Counted from the first letter of the stretch, positions 39,530 to 54,307 are shown. The stretch is 64,000 nt of DNA from the human T2T-CHM13v2.0 reference genome, Homo sapiens (GCF_009914755.1 NC_060935.1), one strand, 5' to 3'. The notes: generated by a model from the letters alone, not told the origin. Numbers and translations: made by a program.

Positions 39530-39690
39530 AGAATCATGGAACTTTAGGGCTGGAAGAAACTTTAGAATGAATCTGGTTTAATCTTACAGATAGATTGAGG
39601 TTCGGAGAAAGTGAATGGATTACCTACGATCACATAACTAAGTAGGGCTAGAATCCAATATTCTAACATCTGAATTCTGTGGTCCATCAC
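39530..39690 (-). mobile_element. MIR/MIR3 SINE
   Basis: 'gaatcatggaactttagggctggaag..ttacagat..ttgaggttcggaga..gggctagaatcc'. Confidence 0.75.
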
Positions 39691-40764
39691 AAATTGGCCA
39701 TCTAAATTTCAGCATTTTAATATTTATAACATTTAAGGGTAAATTTTAAGGTTGGGGTGGCCATTTTAAAACACTTATTTGTTATTTAAAAGTAAGTTAA
39801 AGTACCTGCGTTTTGTTCATGAAATATGGTAACATTTTGACAGCTGCATCACTCTGGAAACAGACGTCATTACCTCAGATGAACTTGCAGGGAGTAATTG
39901 AGATGGCAACGATGATCAGAAGGAGAATGGAAGATTGTGATAAGGCAGCCTGTGTTTGTGTGTACAGACTCACCACCTGTGACTTAGGAGAAGGAAAACG
40001 CAGAGGCACGTGCAATCTGAAATATGTCTCTCACTCATCAATCAGTGTTTATCAGAATTGGAGGTCTTAGCAAGTGAACTGAATGCTTTCAATCCAGGCA
40101 TGTCAGTGATTGCCATCGACCAAGCATTCTGTCACACCTGCCTGCTTTTCTTTCTTTTTCTCTTTACTTCATTACATATTGATTGACTTGGGTTTTACAA
40201 GTTCATAAATCACCCTCTTTTAAGAGGCTTCTTGGCTTTTGTGTGCGTAGACTTGAGAGTGCTGGGAAAGACTGATACTCGTATCACAGTAACAAAGAAC
40301 TTCATATTCCCTCCTTCAGCTTCATATGCAAAAGTGAAGCATCAAAAGACAGTGTCATTATGAAGAAATAGATTTCAATACAGTGCAAACACCTTATAAA
40401 AACCTGAGGTGCCAGCAGCAAACCCTCCTCCATCTGATGGAAGCTCTTGTGTTGCACCCATGAAGTCATTGGAGAGAGCTTGAGAGACTTTACAACCAAG
40501 AAGAGGATTTAATATTAACTACATAATGAGATGCCACTCTTGTAAATAATTGCAGATATTATTACCTGATTGCAAATCTATAATTCTGGTGCAAGATAGA
40601 ACAGACTTTCATCTGTCATAAAGTGCTTCCCTGTGGTAGAAAAATAGATGAGGTGATACGTATGATTTCTTTCACTCTTAAAATTTTCTGGTTGTAATAA
40701 TTTTATGAGTTGAAGTCTTATTGTTATTATTTTTATTTAAAAAGATTAATTGCTCTCTGCCCCG

Positions 40765-41052
40765 GACATTTTAAATTCTTTTATAGATGAATCCTAAACC
40801 ATTTGTTTCTTATTGTTTACAGATACGAAGTGGTACATAAATTCTGCAAGGATATTTTTCTATTTTTAGCATCTAAGTTTTTAATTGTAATATAAATCAG
40901 TTATATGACATTTTAAATTCTTGTTTGATAGGCAGATCTTAAAACATTCATTTCTTGCTGTTTACAGACACAAACTGGTATATGAACACTGAAGGGAGAG
41001 TATTCTAATTTTAACATCTAAGCATTTTTATTATAATATAAACCAGTAATAG
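40765..41052. repeat. Diverged two-copy tandem duplication, period 142 bp
   Basis: Copies start at 40765 and 40907 with gacattttaaattctt and share tttctt..tgtttacaga, tggta, catctaag and taatataaa.cagt in register. Confidence 0.9.
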
Positions 41053-41789
41053 AGTTTCTATTTTTTATGGAAAGGCCTATGCAGTTGTACAATATTAATG
41101 CCCAGCGTCCTCTTAAATAACAAGTCAGTCAACTTTGTAGGTTGGTAGTCCAGTATTAGCAACAAAAAATTATATTCCAAGCAGTGTTTAACAGCTGATT
41201 TAATTGGGAGGTATTTGGTTATTCCTTTCTGAATTAATTTCTGACAGCAAATTTAATACATCAGAAGGGAAAAAGAAAGCAAAACTGCATTCAAGAATGT
41301 CTGTAATTAATAGAGCTGACTTCTGAAGAGCTGCTAAACTCTTACATGTGAGAAGTGGCTTATTCTGGAGGGACAGTGCTTTGAAAGAGAAAAACAATTG
41401 AGGCTTGGGAAGGAGGTCTCTCAACCAATTTCCACTTCATTGCTTCAGAACCATTTTTTGTATTTTCTCTATAAGGGTAAGGCAGGAAGAGGACAAGAAA
41501 TGTTCTGGGAATAGCTGTCGTTTCTTAGTGGAGTTTGCAAACAGAATTTGCAGGCATAAGTGTGTCTTTTGCACCAGTTTAGTAAAATGACATCCGCTCT
41601 TACAATGTTGCTACAGAAAGTCAAATCAATGGAGTGATGTGATAAAGATAGTCATATTTACTGTGGATCAGTCAAATTCTATGGTACATGTGGTGTTTTC
41701 TTAGGATACTTTTAGTAAATATACAGATTCAGAAAAGTTCCCTTTAAGCCAGAATAAAAACATTCAAGTCCTCCAGCAATAATAAGCAT

Positions 41790-41990
41790 TACTATTAATT
41801 AAAAACTGACTATTCACCAGACACTGTGCTAGGTACTGTCTAGATAGTCTGATCAGTTTCATTGCTTCCGAGGTAGGTTCTGTCATCCATCTTTACAGAT
41901 GAAGCCCTTGAACCTAAGGGAGGTTACCTCACTTGTTGGTGGACTCACACAAGTGATAGAACCTAAATGTGTTTTAGATCCTTGTCTTCC
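41790..41990 (-). mobile_element. MIR SINE
   Basis: 'ccagacactgtgctagg..gaggtagg..atctttacagatgaag'. Confidence 0.7.
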
Positions 41991-42349
41991 TTAAAAACTA
42001 TGGTGTAAGTAATGTTATATATAGTGCATCCAATTATTTGTCTTAATTTCTTTAGGAATATTTAGAATGTGACAGGCAAAAAAAGCAGGTACTTAATTCT
42101 TAAAACACTTGAAAATAATTGATGAAGTTACTGAAATAAAATTGCCTCATGATGATCTGATTGTAGATTTTTCTACAACCAGTTAGTTTTCCTATTCTAG
42201 TTTTCTTACCTTTCACTTCTCCAATAATATGCTTATAAACTTCAAATTTATTTTAGTATTAATTAAAGTAGAAATATAGTTTAAAAATCATCAGTTTACT
42301 GGGAAAAGACCCATGAGTTATATTTTTTAATTATGAATGACTTTTGTAT

Positions 42350-42500
42350 TGATTGAATAAATAAGAAATTTGAGTGCCTACTGTGCCTACTTCTAGCCAG
42401 GCTTTCTCAAGCCCCAGGGGTATATGATGAACAAGACAGATAAGGTCTCACCCTCATGAAGCTTATTGTTTTTTGAGAAAAGAGATAATAAATGAGTAAG
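42350..42500 (-). mobile_element. L2 3' end (antisense)
   Basis: 'tttgagtgcctactgtg..tgaacaagacagataaggtctcaccctcatgaagctta'. Confidence 0.75.
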
Positions 42501-45146
42501 CAAGATCTTATTTACTTTTATCCATTATTGTAAGTTACCGATGATCCAGAAAGGCTCTATCAGCAAGCTGAGTGTATGTTGAAAATGCTATTAGTATGCT
42601 TGGGAAACCATATCTTTTCTTCTATTTTGCTTTAACAGGCCTGAAAATTCTACACAAGCCAACTTTTGGTTACTTTTAGAGATGTTTAGGTTATCTGGGC
42701 CTCTGTGTTACTCCATTTTCAACAGTTACCACGTCATGACTTAGCAAGGCTTGGAATGCCTTGAGCTGTTAAGAAATGTGTGAGGAATGGAAGCTGCTTG
42801 GCATGATGGAGCTTCTGCAGAGGTCCTCTGGAGTCAAAACCCACACATCAGAGAAGAATGAAGTGTCAGAAGGGAAAATGCAGAAAACTAATTTAGCAAC
42901 TTTGCCTAACACTAGCTTTTTGCACAACCCTTGGAATTGAGAGCTCTTTCTATTAAGTTGTGTGTCTGCATGAAGCAAGGTCAATGGAATGGAATGAAAA
43001 GTGAAATCCTTTGGGTTTAACTACTTTTGTTTGTGTGCATCTCGACCACACTAACAAACCATACTGGTTAGTGTGACCAGTATGACATGGTTATACTGGC
43101 ATGGTTAAACAGCTGTAGAGCTAGGACCATTATGACCATTTCATAGGAGTCCTATGCTTACGGTTCTTTGAGATGACATCAAAGAGAGAACAGTCTTTCT
43201 CTAAATCATGTCAACAGAGAACCTCAAAGAATTTACTTGGCTGCAAGCACTGTATTGGAACCATGTATCCTTTCCTTACATTTTCTTTTGTTTCATTTCC
43301 TTTTCTTTCTACTGTTGTGCCTTGGCCCTGTCCAGTCACTTGCTGGTGTGAAAGCTGTTTCCTAACACATAGTTCTCTATGCTGGCTGTGCATCAGAATC
43401 AGGGGAGCTCTAAAAGACAGATTCACAAATCCCACTGACTTAGGCCACTTACTTGGCAAAGAATAAGCAAGTAACTGCAGCTAAACCTTCCTCCAGTAGC
43501 AATATGATTAATTATTTCTCTATGAAGCCCCACCAGCAAAACTGCTGAAAAGGCATCTCTTCATCAGGCCCCCATCCTCCCCTCCTGCCCTCTAGAACTT
43601 TGGGTAGGGAGGAATACATTGCAGATATTCCATTTGGCTTTTCCTAGGCAGCTTGACTATCACACTGAGACCACTAGTAAAGCTTGGGTACCTCCTGCTC
43701 CTGTTACAATTATTGCCACCCCTTCCTTTTACTGCTGCCTTTTGCTTGAATCAGGCACTGTTTTGCAGGCTCACTTGCCTCTCTCCCATTGCCCAGGGTG
43801 CCTTGCAGTATGCCTTTTCTTTCCTTTGGGCAGTGCTGGGAGGCCCTAGGCAGGACCCTCACAAGTCTGGCCAAGTTTCTTGCTGTAATGCTGAAGCTGG
43901 TTCTCCCTTTTCCCTGTTTCTGAGTGGAGCTAAGAAATGCATCTACTCAGAGGCAGCAAAACAAGTTCATCACACCATGTACCCAACCTTCCACTCTTCC
44001 ATCTCTGGGATGCCTTCTGCTCCCCTTGCTCTTACCAATGTACTTTAGATTTGAGCCCTCTTCTTTTTGGAGGTTCTCTTCAGTTGATCTATCGTCAACT
44101 TGGCATAATTAGTCATGTAAAACACTAACTTCCTAGTGATCAGCATTGCCCTTTGTTCTTAATATGATTTGCATATTTCCTGGGTTTCTGCTCTGAGCTG
44201 TTCCTCTGTGGAATGGGCCTTGGTGCTCTCACTTGCCAAGAACACCTAGGACATATTTATTGGCTCTTTGGAAAGGAAACCAACTGGGAAGCTTAAGTAT
44301 GTGGGATTTATAGAGAGCATTTCTTCACAGTAACTCAGGTTTCTTTTAATATGAAGCAATACTATTTTTAGTCAAAATTGTGACTGTGGTTTAGTCATAT
44401 TTTTTCTCCCTAGTACTTTTTTAAGAGGTGAGTTTTAAGAAAGTCAGATTTTGTGAGGAATTTGTTTACTGCAGAAACATCCAAGGTAAATGGTCCGGGA
44501 TGAAAGCAGATTCAGAGTTATAGAATATTCAGTTGGAAAAGATCACATTGCAAATTCCTAGATCACTTGGAGATTTGATTCACTTGGATGTGGATACTTA
44601 CTAATTCAAATCAGTTATCAGTAGTTTTCTAAACTTGTAAAGAAATGGCATCGTTTATTTGCATTGAAATCCTTCACAGAAGCTCCAAATTCAAAGCAGA
44701 TAAAAGCAGAACTTCTCTGGTTGCAAGGAAAGGAATCACCACACTCTGATGGGCTCTGGGTTAAGAGTTCTTGCATCATCCTCTCGTTCTTTCTCCCCAG
44801 TATACTGTGCTCCCTAGAAGACAGAGGCCACATAGAAGCCCAGCAACGCTGCCTTCTGTCATCTATTGAAATTGTACACCCTCTTTCACACCAGGGGCTG
44901 TGTTCTCCACACCCAAATATGGACAATGAGACAAGATTTAAGAAATGTTGATATCCTGAGAAATCTCGCAGAAGGAGCCAAGATTCTGAATTAATCAGAG
45001 ATAAGTTTTATTTTATTCACCAGACTGTTACAAAGATAAAAAGCTGTATTAATGCATTTTAGAAAGATTTTAAGGGGCAATGTGCGTAAAGAAGTTTCAA
45101 ACAGTTTAAGATCCTGCTGGCTGGAAATATTAACCCTCTCCACTGA

Positions 45147-45659
<513 letters not shown>

Positions 45660-46239
45660 ACTCATTGTTATTTTTTAACATCAGCAATTGGATCAACATT
45701 TCTACTGAGCAGGAAACATATCCAAAATTTATAGCAGCAAATATAATAGCTACTTTGCCTTTGCGGAAGCTACAGCTAAAGTTAACTCTGACTAATGTCC
45801 CTATGAAGAGCATGAGAGATCTGTACCCTGACCCTTCAGACCCAAGTGGCTACCTGTGCTGTGTCCCCTCACAGGCCCCTCCCTGGGTTTGTAGCAGTGA
45901 TCCTAACTTTATTTAATAATTATTTGCATACTTTTAACTTTAGTTTAAAAATGTTTTAATTAATTAGATAATTTTTTATTTTAGGGTTTTTTTTTTAAAA
46001 AAAAAAAAAGGAAAAACTCTCAGTAGCTTACAAATACCTCGTGGGCAGATACAACATTTGTCTACCTCATTGGATACTCACTCCCTAGCACAGTCCTTGC
46101 CACAGAGTATGGACTCACTACATAAAAGCATATTAAATATATGAATGACTGATTGAATCACTGAGGAAACAAGCAGATTTCTACATTTTCACCAGTGGAG
46201 AGGAGCCATTATGGGCACTCTGAATATTAAGGAGGCATT

Positions 46240-46430
46240 CTAATAGAGTACTTAAGAACATATTGCTCTGAACTGGGTCCTCCTGTGCCAGTCTTCAGCT
46301 GCTGTGATGTTGGAATTTTCCTAACCTTTCTGTGCCTCGGTGTCCTCTGCAAAGAGGGGATAAGAGTAACACCTGCCCTATAGAATTTTATGGCAATGAA
46401 ACAGAGTCTGGCGCAAGTGCTCAACATTTG
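46240..46430 (+). mobile_element. MIR SINE
   Basis: 'gctgtgatgttgg..taacctttctgtgcctcggtgtcctctgcaaa..gggataagagtaacacctgccc'. Confidence 0.75.
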
Positions 46431-47319
46431 AAGGAAAGGGTCTATATGAATGAACCTGCTCTAAAACTAAGTAAAGGAAAAATTCCATGTCATTCATATT
46501 TCACACTGTTGCGAATAGGTAACAGGGCCTTTGTTATGACAAAGATGTCAGGAGTGGCTGAAACCAGAAACAGCATTCATTGCCCAAAGAGTCGAAATGT
46601 GGAGGTGACATCTACCCCATGACACAGAAAATTAAGTAAAACTAGAGTGTTGCACTCTGCTGTAAATATCCTTAGCTTTTTGTGAAAAACTGTCCTAAAA
46701 AGCACAAAAATCTATCATTCTTTTCAAGATATTGAAGTCTGATAATAGAGAAAACTTGTTGCTGAGTCTAAATAACACTGAATATCTTTGGCTGTTTTTT
46801 TCAGCTCTCCTTTTATTGTTTCTCTTTGATTTAGGATCTATCTTTTGGCACAGTAAATAGGTCCTTTATGGAATAGGACATGGAGTTCCAGGAGGCAAAT
46901 GGGTGTCCAGAGAAGATCGCCCTTAAACGAGTATACACTATTTAATCTACACACATTATTAAATGCTCCTGATTTCCCTCAGCAACAGAGGGAATACTTT
47001 AAATATTTGGAATTTAAAGTTTAGGAATTTCCAGTGATCACAATTGTTTATATATATATATATGAAAAATATATGAAAAAATGTGACTCATTTATAGAGT
47101 TGATAAAACACTGTGGGTCATAAGATAAAATTCGAGTTATTAATATTATGAACAAATAAGGAGATAAATAAAAAAGAGATAGGGAATTAGAAAACCAAAG
47201 TGTGAAACCAAAAGAAAATCCATGTATCATTTGGCATGTGTAAACCAAGCCCTTTCTAAATGCAAGGTGCTGAGATTCTTTGAAGCTTAATCATAATTTA
47301 AAGGTTTGTATCACATTAA

Positions 47320-47550
47320 TATTTATTATGGATTTACTCTGGGCCGTAGGATGTTTTGTGAAAAGCATCATGCATATGTTATGTTAAGCTCATCACAATT
47401 CTATGAGGTAGGTATTGTTAGGTTCATTTTTAAATTGAGAAAATAAGTTTAGAGACCTGACTGAATTTGTCTGAGATTATATAGCGAATAAGTTGTGCAG
47501 CCAGGATATGAATCCAGATCTTCCCTAATCCCAGTGCTGTGTACTCTTGA
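47320..47550 (-). mobile_element. MIR SINE
   Basis: 'tcacaattctatgaggtaggtattgtt..cagccaggatatgaatccagatc'. Confidence 0.8.
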
Positions 47551-48849
47551 CCACAATTAGGCTGTAAATCGTATAATCTCAGCTGTTGGGAAGCTTGGAT
47601 TCCTTGTAATAGTAGCAACATGTCCTATGTTGATGAACAAACTTTGCTCCTCTTCCTTACTGAATTTTTGAGGGTTTTAGAACTCTGTAACCTGCTCTTG
47701 ACCTTTCTGGTGTCAGCTTAAAAAAAAATATCCAAATAAACTCTTGTCCCTACCTCAGAGGTTGTCACTTCTTTTAAGAATGACAGAACCAAAAAATAAA
47801 TTCCCATGTGCTAAGACTTGTGGGAGAACAGGTATGCTGAGGCTCATAAATGCATAAAAGCCTGATGTGATCTTTTCCATTTGTACCTAGGATTGTCTTG
47901 TCTCCTTGCAAAAAACAGAGATCCTGGTTTTAACGGCTGTTTGTAATTTCAGCTTGGGTCTTGTTATAAAGTTTACATTTAAAGCTTTGCAGTGGTACCA
48001 GGTTTAGGGTAAATTTGAAAGTAGCTGTGGGGGAGATGACTTTAACATTTCCCCAGGGAAGTAGACTGGAAAATTGCTGGAGAGTGAACTATAGGGAACA
48101 ATCTTGAATTGGTCTCTTGGGTCGGACATAATTACCTAATGGATTTTCCATCTTTCAAAATTTTAGGCAGGAAAAAATTGCCTAAAAAAATATCGACAAA
48201 ATGTGAAGCGTACAACCTGTTCCAGTTCTCTTCAAGACTGTAAACTCCTGGCCTTCTCTGGAACCTTTGAAAAATGGCAGTGTAGTGGAGTAAAGACAGG
48301 CAAGGGGAAGACATGTGGAAGAGAAGAAATCAGACTGATGCATGATTGGAAACTCAGAATTACATAACTCGATTTGTCCCTTTTAAGTCATTACTGACTG
48401 CTGATTCATCTCCATTCATGAATGTTTTGGGTGCAGTTAGAACTACATTTTAATGAACAATATAACCTAATTATGATTGAGCATTTTACTTTTCCGTGGA
48501 CTGTAAAGATATTTGTTGAGTGGCTTAGAGGTTTGCATACCAGAGTTTCCTGGTCAAAAGCGTGCATTATGCAATCAGTTTTTACCTCAAACATTCACAT
48601 ATGGATTCCCCTATCTTGCTTGGTTACTTTATTGGTACCAAGAACATGAAACCTCTTTCTTTCTTGCACCCCCAGGTATATCCCAATACATGTTCTGTTT
48701 TAATGTAATTTACTATTATTCACATTGCTTAAGGGATGACAAAGTATCTACTTGTTCTCAAGTTTTATTACTGGCTGATGTGTGTCAGACTAGACTTGGC
48801 TCTGTATATAAATATACTCCAGTAGAGAGACCCAGCCTCTGTGATCCCA

Positions 48850-49650
48850 AATACATTCATTGGAACAATAAGTGTGAGTGCTTGCTATGTGCCTAGCATG
48901 TTACAGCTGAGATGGACCCACAAGTGAAACAGACACTGCTGTGTTTCTTTCTTGAGTAGGAGAAGTAAGTCATGGACAGGAGAAACTAAAGCACTAGGTA
49001 TACAAAGGCAAGAGCTCCAAGGGATCAAAGTGCTGTCATATTCAAACAAGGGGTCTGCCTTGAGGGATCGTGGGAGAGGGCATTTGCACTAGCTGCAGTC
49101 TTGATTGTGCCAAGAAGGAGATGTTCCAACTGGGTATAGGAGCATGAAAGAAGCCCACAGCTGGGGAACACAGAGATGCACTGGGAGGGAGCTGTGTATG
49201 GTTTCATTTGATTGGAGTTTTGGTTGTGTGGAGGATGGTAGTTGGAGATAAAATGGGGGCCAAATTTTCAAGATTCCTGGATGTTAGGAAGAGCACTAGA
49301 ACTTTATTTGTTAGGCAGTTGTGCATCCCTAAAAAATGTGAGCATCTTAACATTATGATGAGAACCATGATTAGTGGAGAGTTACCTGGAGGCAGGCCGT
49401 GTACACAAGGAATTGGAGGCACATGGGGGTTAGAGAAAGAGATGCAGTAGAGGCTGGTGAGTTAGGAAGAGTTGTAATAAGGGATGGAGCAGGTGGAATG
49501 AAGACACAGAACTAGTGACCAAGGCCTTGTGGAAGAGCCAACACTTTAACCACTGATTCAGAGTGGGATGGAGAGGAAGATGAAGGATTAGGGGTTAGAT
49601 GGCAAGGAGAAAGATGGTGGCATTAACAGAATTGGATAGGAAAGGAGGAA
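48850..49650 (-). mobile_element. L2 (antisense) fragments
   Basis: 'cattcattggaacaataagtgtgagtgcttgctatgtgcc' and 'gatggtggcattaacagaat'. Confidence 0.65.
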
Positions 49651-50887
49651 TGTGGTTGGGCTGTGTGTGGGGGGCGGGGGTGGAAGTTGTTGGGCAGGAA
49701 AGAGCTATGGCCAAGCTAGTTTTCTTTCTAATCCTGATCTGACACTTCCTTAGCACTGCAATATTAAGTGGTTGTGCCCCTCTGAGCATGCTCCTGCATC
49801 TGTAAAATACACCTTTAATTCTTAGGATTCTTTATTTCAATTATTTAAGAGAATTAGAGAATGAAATGGTTCAAGCAGTTCTCAGAAAGTAAGAAAAGGA
49901 AAGAGCAGGAAATACAATATGGAAATATGAACTTTCTCCTGCTGCATAAGATTTAAACTCTTGACATTTAAAGCGGAAAAACACAATTTAAAGAATGACT
50001 GAAGGGTATGTTAATTATTTGTGAAGAGGCAGAAGATTCTTCTTTGACACTTAAGATGGCAATAATTTTGAGCGGCACATACATTGGCCATGTTTATAAT
50101 TATGGCTAATTGTACAATGAGTAGTAAATAGGAAATGGATTGAAATTTCCAAAAAAAAGACATGAATGGACTTTAAATGAATATTACAAGCTAACAAAAA
50201 ATAAATAAATAAAAATAAAAATAAATAAAAAAAGGAGAGCTGTACGAAGCCACAAGAAGAGTTCCACCTTGGATTGGTGGTATGGATGTGTTTGTGCTCA
50301 GAACTTAGAACTTCAAAAGAACAGAAGTCCTGCTCCACATCTAACAACTTGTAAATAATTATATGGCTTCTAAGTTACTTGAAATGTTATTGAATTGAAA
50401 TAAATTGGAAGGAAACCAGACCTGCCATTGAAAACCAAAGGACCGAACTTTCCCCAGTGCTGGAGGGAACCTAAACAAAATCTCCAGCTTTTAAAGGAAG
50501 AGATTTTCAACCTGCTTTCATCTCCTCTTCCTTTTGGTGTTTTTCCTAGATGGGATGGAAAGCAGAAGATGTGGCTGGGGTGTTTTTAAGATGGAACTGA
50601 GTTTGCCCTCAAGTCTTTCAAAGATAAGACAGTTTTACTTACCAGGGAGAGGATCTATTACACCCTGAACAGCTGCTATTTTTGAGGCAGGAAAGTGAAG
50701 CTGAAGAGCTTTGTACAGCTGTCATGTAGAATTCTAAGCACCCATTTGATAAAACCTGTCAGCGTGACCCGGTTTCTTGGGCAGATGCAGCCCTTGGCTG
50801 TAGCCCCTTTCCTCTCTACCCCTTTCTGTTCGTCAGTTTTGTTTTTGTTTCCTGTTAGAAATATTCCAGATTTAGCAGCTTAAAGTG

Positions 50888-50921
50888 GTGTGTGTGTGTG
50901 AGTGTACAAGCGTGTGTGTGT
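50888..50921. repeat. Interrupted (TG)n microsatellite
   Basis: Directly visible. Confidence 0.85.
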
Positions 50922-52663
50922 TTTAAGAGCGGTCATTTGTATGATTGAACCCAAACTCGTATTTCTCTTTCAGGAGTTATATTAAAAAATATTTGACCCA
51001 AGGCTCTAGAAATTTTGCCCTATGGGGAAAAGGAAGAGAAGAAATCTTTATCAGCTTTCTTACTTGGTTATAGAAGTGGTAAGGCATGAAATTGGAACTG
51101 ATGGCTTAATAATAGCTGGACTTACATCCCTTAGTTGAATTTTGCTGACAATTTCTTTAAAATCTTTATAAACTCCCACTTTTAATAGTTCTTTAAGGCT
51201 GTTAAGGCTCTGTGGGTAAATGCACCAGTGTAACAAGGCTTCATCCAGGTATGTTACAGGAAATGGGCCATGAACTAATTCAGGACTCATGATGTAGACC
51301 AGGAAGCCTATTTTATGTATCTGTAACAAATAGATTGTAAAGTTAATATTATCACCTGGTCCCTTGTCTATCTTGAAGTTTACACAGTGTCGTTACCATC
51401 TTAGGTTGTACCTGAGGGGGTATGTATAGTAGCCGGCCTCTCTTTAATAAGTCAAAGTGGACTTTAGAACATCCTTTAATACAAGAGTCGAGACAATTTT
51501 GAGAATTGCAAGCTGACTGAGTATGCCAACATGTAGGACATCAGACAGACAGTAAAAAAACTTAAGTGTGGGTATCCTGTTTGCTTTTTGTCCGCAGATG
51601 TTAAGCAGTTTCAATAGCTGGGGAAAAATTGTTGTGTCATTATCTGTGGGTAGTGTGCTGATAGTTTATTATAGGGCAGAGTTATTGAAAGAGAAAGAAT
51701 TGTATCATTTATTCATATTTTAAAATGCTGTGACAATGTACTACTTCAGATGAGTGTTGTCCCCATAAATCATCCTAGATCCCTGTGCTCAGGAAATCTG
51801 TGAAAAGATAGTATTTTCAGAGGCAAAATTATTTCAGTTTCTTCACAGGAGGAATTTTAGAACATAAGGAGGAATTCATCCAAACAAGAAAGCCATCTAC
51901 TGAGCTTACATCATTAAATAGGAAAGGTAAGGAGGGCTACACCCAGTTTAAAGATATCTTTAAGCTATTGTCTCCAACCTGGGGCCTTAGACCTCTGAGT
52001 AATTAGAGTATGTGACTGACATGCATTGTTTGTAGACTGAATGAATTAAAACTGGATTCCCCACTATACTTTGGGTACTAAAGGGGCCTCTTATGCAGAA
52101 GGATTGGAAACTGTGCTGTAGGGTAAGATATTTTAGGAACAATGCTTTAGTTTTCTCTTGCTCTTTTTGTCTTTTAACTTGGCTATTTTCTTATATATAG
52201 AATTTCTGTCCAAAAATCTAACTGTGTGATTTTTTAGCTCAGCTCAGAGTAGCACAACAAAATTACAGCCACCGGTTGGACCCAGTTCAGTACAGCATTC
52301 AATCTAAGGGCCTTGTAGCTTCCAAACGTTTGTATTATTCCAATCCCTGGGTGGCATTGTAACATATATTTATTCTTGATTGCTCCAGAGGTTTATTTTA
52401 AAAATCAGAATAATAACACAACTAGGTTAAGTGCAATGTACTTTGAAATTCCAAACCAGTAGTTCTTTAACCTATTCATGCTGGTTGGATGACAAGGCAT
52501 TTTACCATTCTTTTTTATTTAAAATTACCCATATTTGTGGCTTTTAATTAATTATCTAATTAAATGTATTTTATTTTATTTTGCCTGCATTCCAGGTTTT
52601 CTTATTTCTATGTTGTTTCTCCTTTATACATATTTACTCTCTCTTTTTTTTTTAAATTCTGAG

Positions 52664-52792
52664 GTCTCTCGAACAATAAATGGACTCTAGCATTGTTCCC
52701 ATGTGACCTAAAGAAACTACCATATTAGAAGAGGCTACCATATTAGATTAGCTTTCACTTAACACAGAGGGATCTGAAAAGATGGAATAGTG
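52664..52792 (+). other. Candidate ~129-nt internal exon (alternative acceptors at 52595 or 52690)
   Basis: Long pyrimidine tract before 'aattctgag|'; donor GTG|GTAAGA (GT at 52793-52794). Confidence 0.3.
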
Positions 52793-53959
52793 GTAAGAAC
52801 CTCCTAAGAAGTGACATTTCATTGGAAATTGGAAATTCTATTGACTAAATCAGGAAATAGAAGGAGACCTCCTCAACTGCCCTTGATTGGTAATTACAGC
52901 TCATGGGTAGTTTTAATAGCCTTCAGAATTCCTCATCTTTCCTTCTCATATGTTTTCCTGTAAGTAGTGTCTTTTTCCAGAAGTTGCTTCAATGGTTCTT
53001 TTGAGGACTGAATAGAAAGAGCAAATGTGTAGTCACCTTTACTGAGTTCAAAGGAGTTATTTGACATATCAAGCTTTCCCATTGGCTGAAGAAACCTTAG
53101 CTCAGAGTTGGTAGACCCAATCCCTGAGCCATTATGAGATACCAGTGATCCTTGGCCTGGTCCCTCAGGTCAGAACTCAGAAAAGAGCAGCAGATACATC
53201 CAGAGTCTCAGGGAATTAGGCAAGTTTCTTTCCCCATCCAGTGGAGTTTTTGCTAGACCTCTCTGAAACAGGATACAGCATGATATATTTTTAGTAATTT
53301 ACAGAAAGAAAATGGAAACAAGCTTTATTTTGATAATTATTTGATATTTTAGTACATATCTCTTGAGAAAACTAGAATGTCCCACATGGGACTGTGATAA
53401 GACCAGAGTTAGGAAACATTCTCAGAATACGGGATGGGTTGACAATGCCCATGTGTCTGAATTTACAACACTTGTCCAAAATGCAAGTGGTTGCAAATGG
53501 CTCTGAAGGATGCTTGCCAGTGCTGTCATATAAATAAAAGAATACAGAATCATAGAGGCAATTACTGTCGTCAAGGTGGCTACCGAAATGTAGGTATTTC
53601 TCTTTAGCCCCGGTTCCCTCATAATAATCTTTCAGTTTTCTCTCTTTTTTTTTTTATTCCTCATTACTTTGTAGCTGGATGCTATACCACATTGTTGATT
53701 CTAATAAATGACATGTTGATCTCATCTACCTGGGAATCCTTGGTTTCCAGTTTTCACAGCTTTGTTTCCAGTATTCACAGCTCAGTGCTGGAGAGTTGAC
53801 CATTTGTGTAGTTCAGCATTTCTCTGTGTTAATCCTGTGAGGGTTGAGTGTTGTCGACAATTCTAGGCATTCTGTCCATCATTTTTTTTTTCTCGATTCA
53901 CTTATTCTGGTTTTCCTCGGGGTTTTTATGTCATAGCAGAGTCTGGAATTTGGTCTGGA

Positions 53960-54007
53960 ATATATATACACACACATATACACACACACACACCACACAC
54001 ACACATA
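53960..54007. repeat. (TA)n(CA)n microsatellite
   Basis: Directly visible. Confidence 0.9.
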
Positions 54008-54272
54008 TTATATAATGTTTGCCCTTGTGTTACATTAGACAGTTGTATATAGAAAATTGATTTCTTGAAAAAGATTTCATATCAATGCTATGGGAGCAAT
54101 ATCTGTATCATTGCTTTATAAAGATTTTTAAGGATTTGTGAAAAACTTTTCTTCCTTCCTCTGAAATTTTCTTTCTGATGTGAAGATTACAGGAGATGTG
54201 AATATTGGATCTTCTGAGTAAAATTTCATTTATTCTAAAATGTTGAGTGATAAATGTGGTATTTGAATATAA

Positions 54273-54307
<35 letters not shown>

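Noticed and set aside
51575-51660. Acceptor tttttgtccgcag|ATG (also strong acceptors at ~31085, ~31503 and ~50973)
   Set aside because: Only weak donors follow; isolated acceptors are common in T-rich introns.
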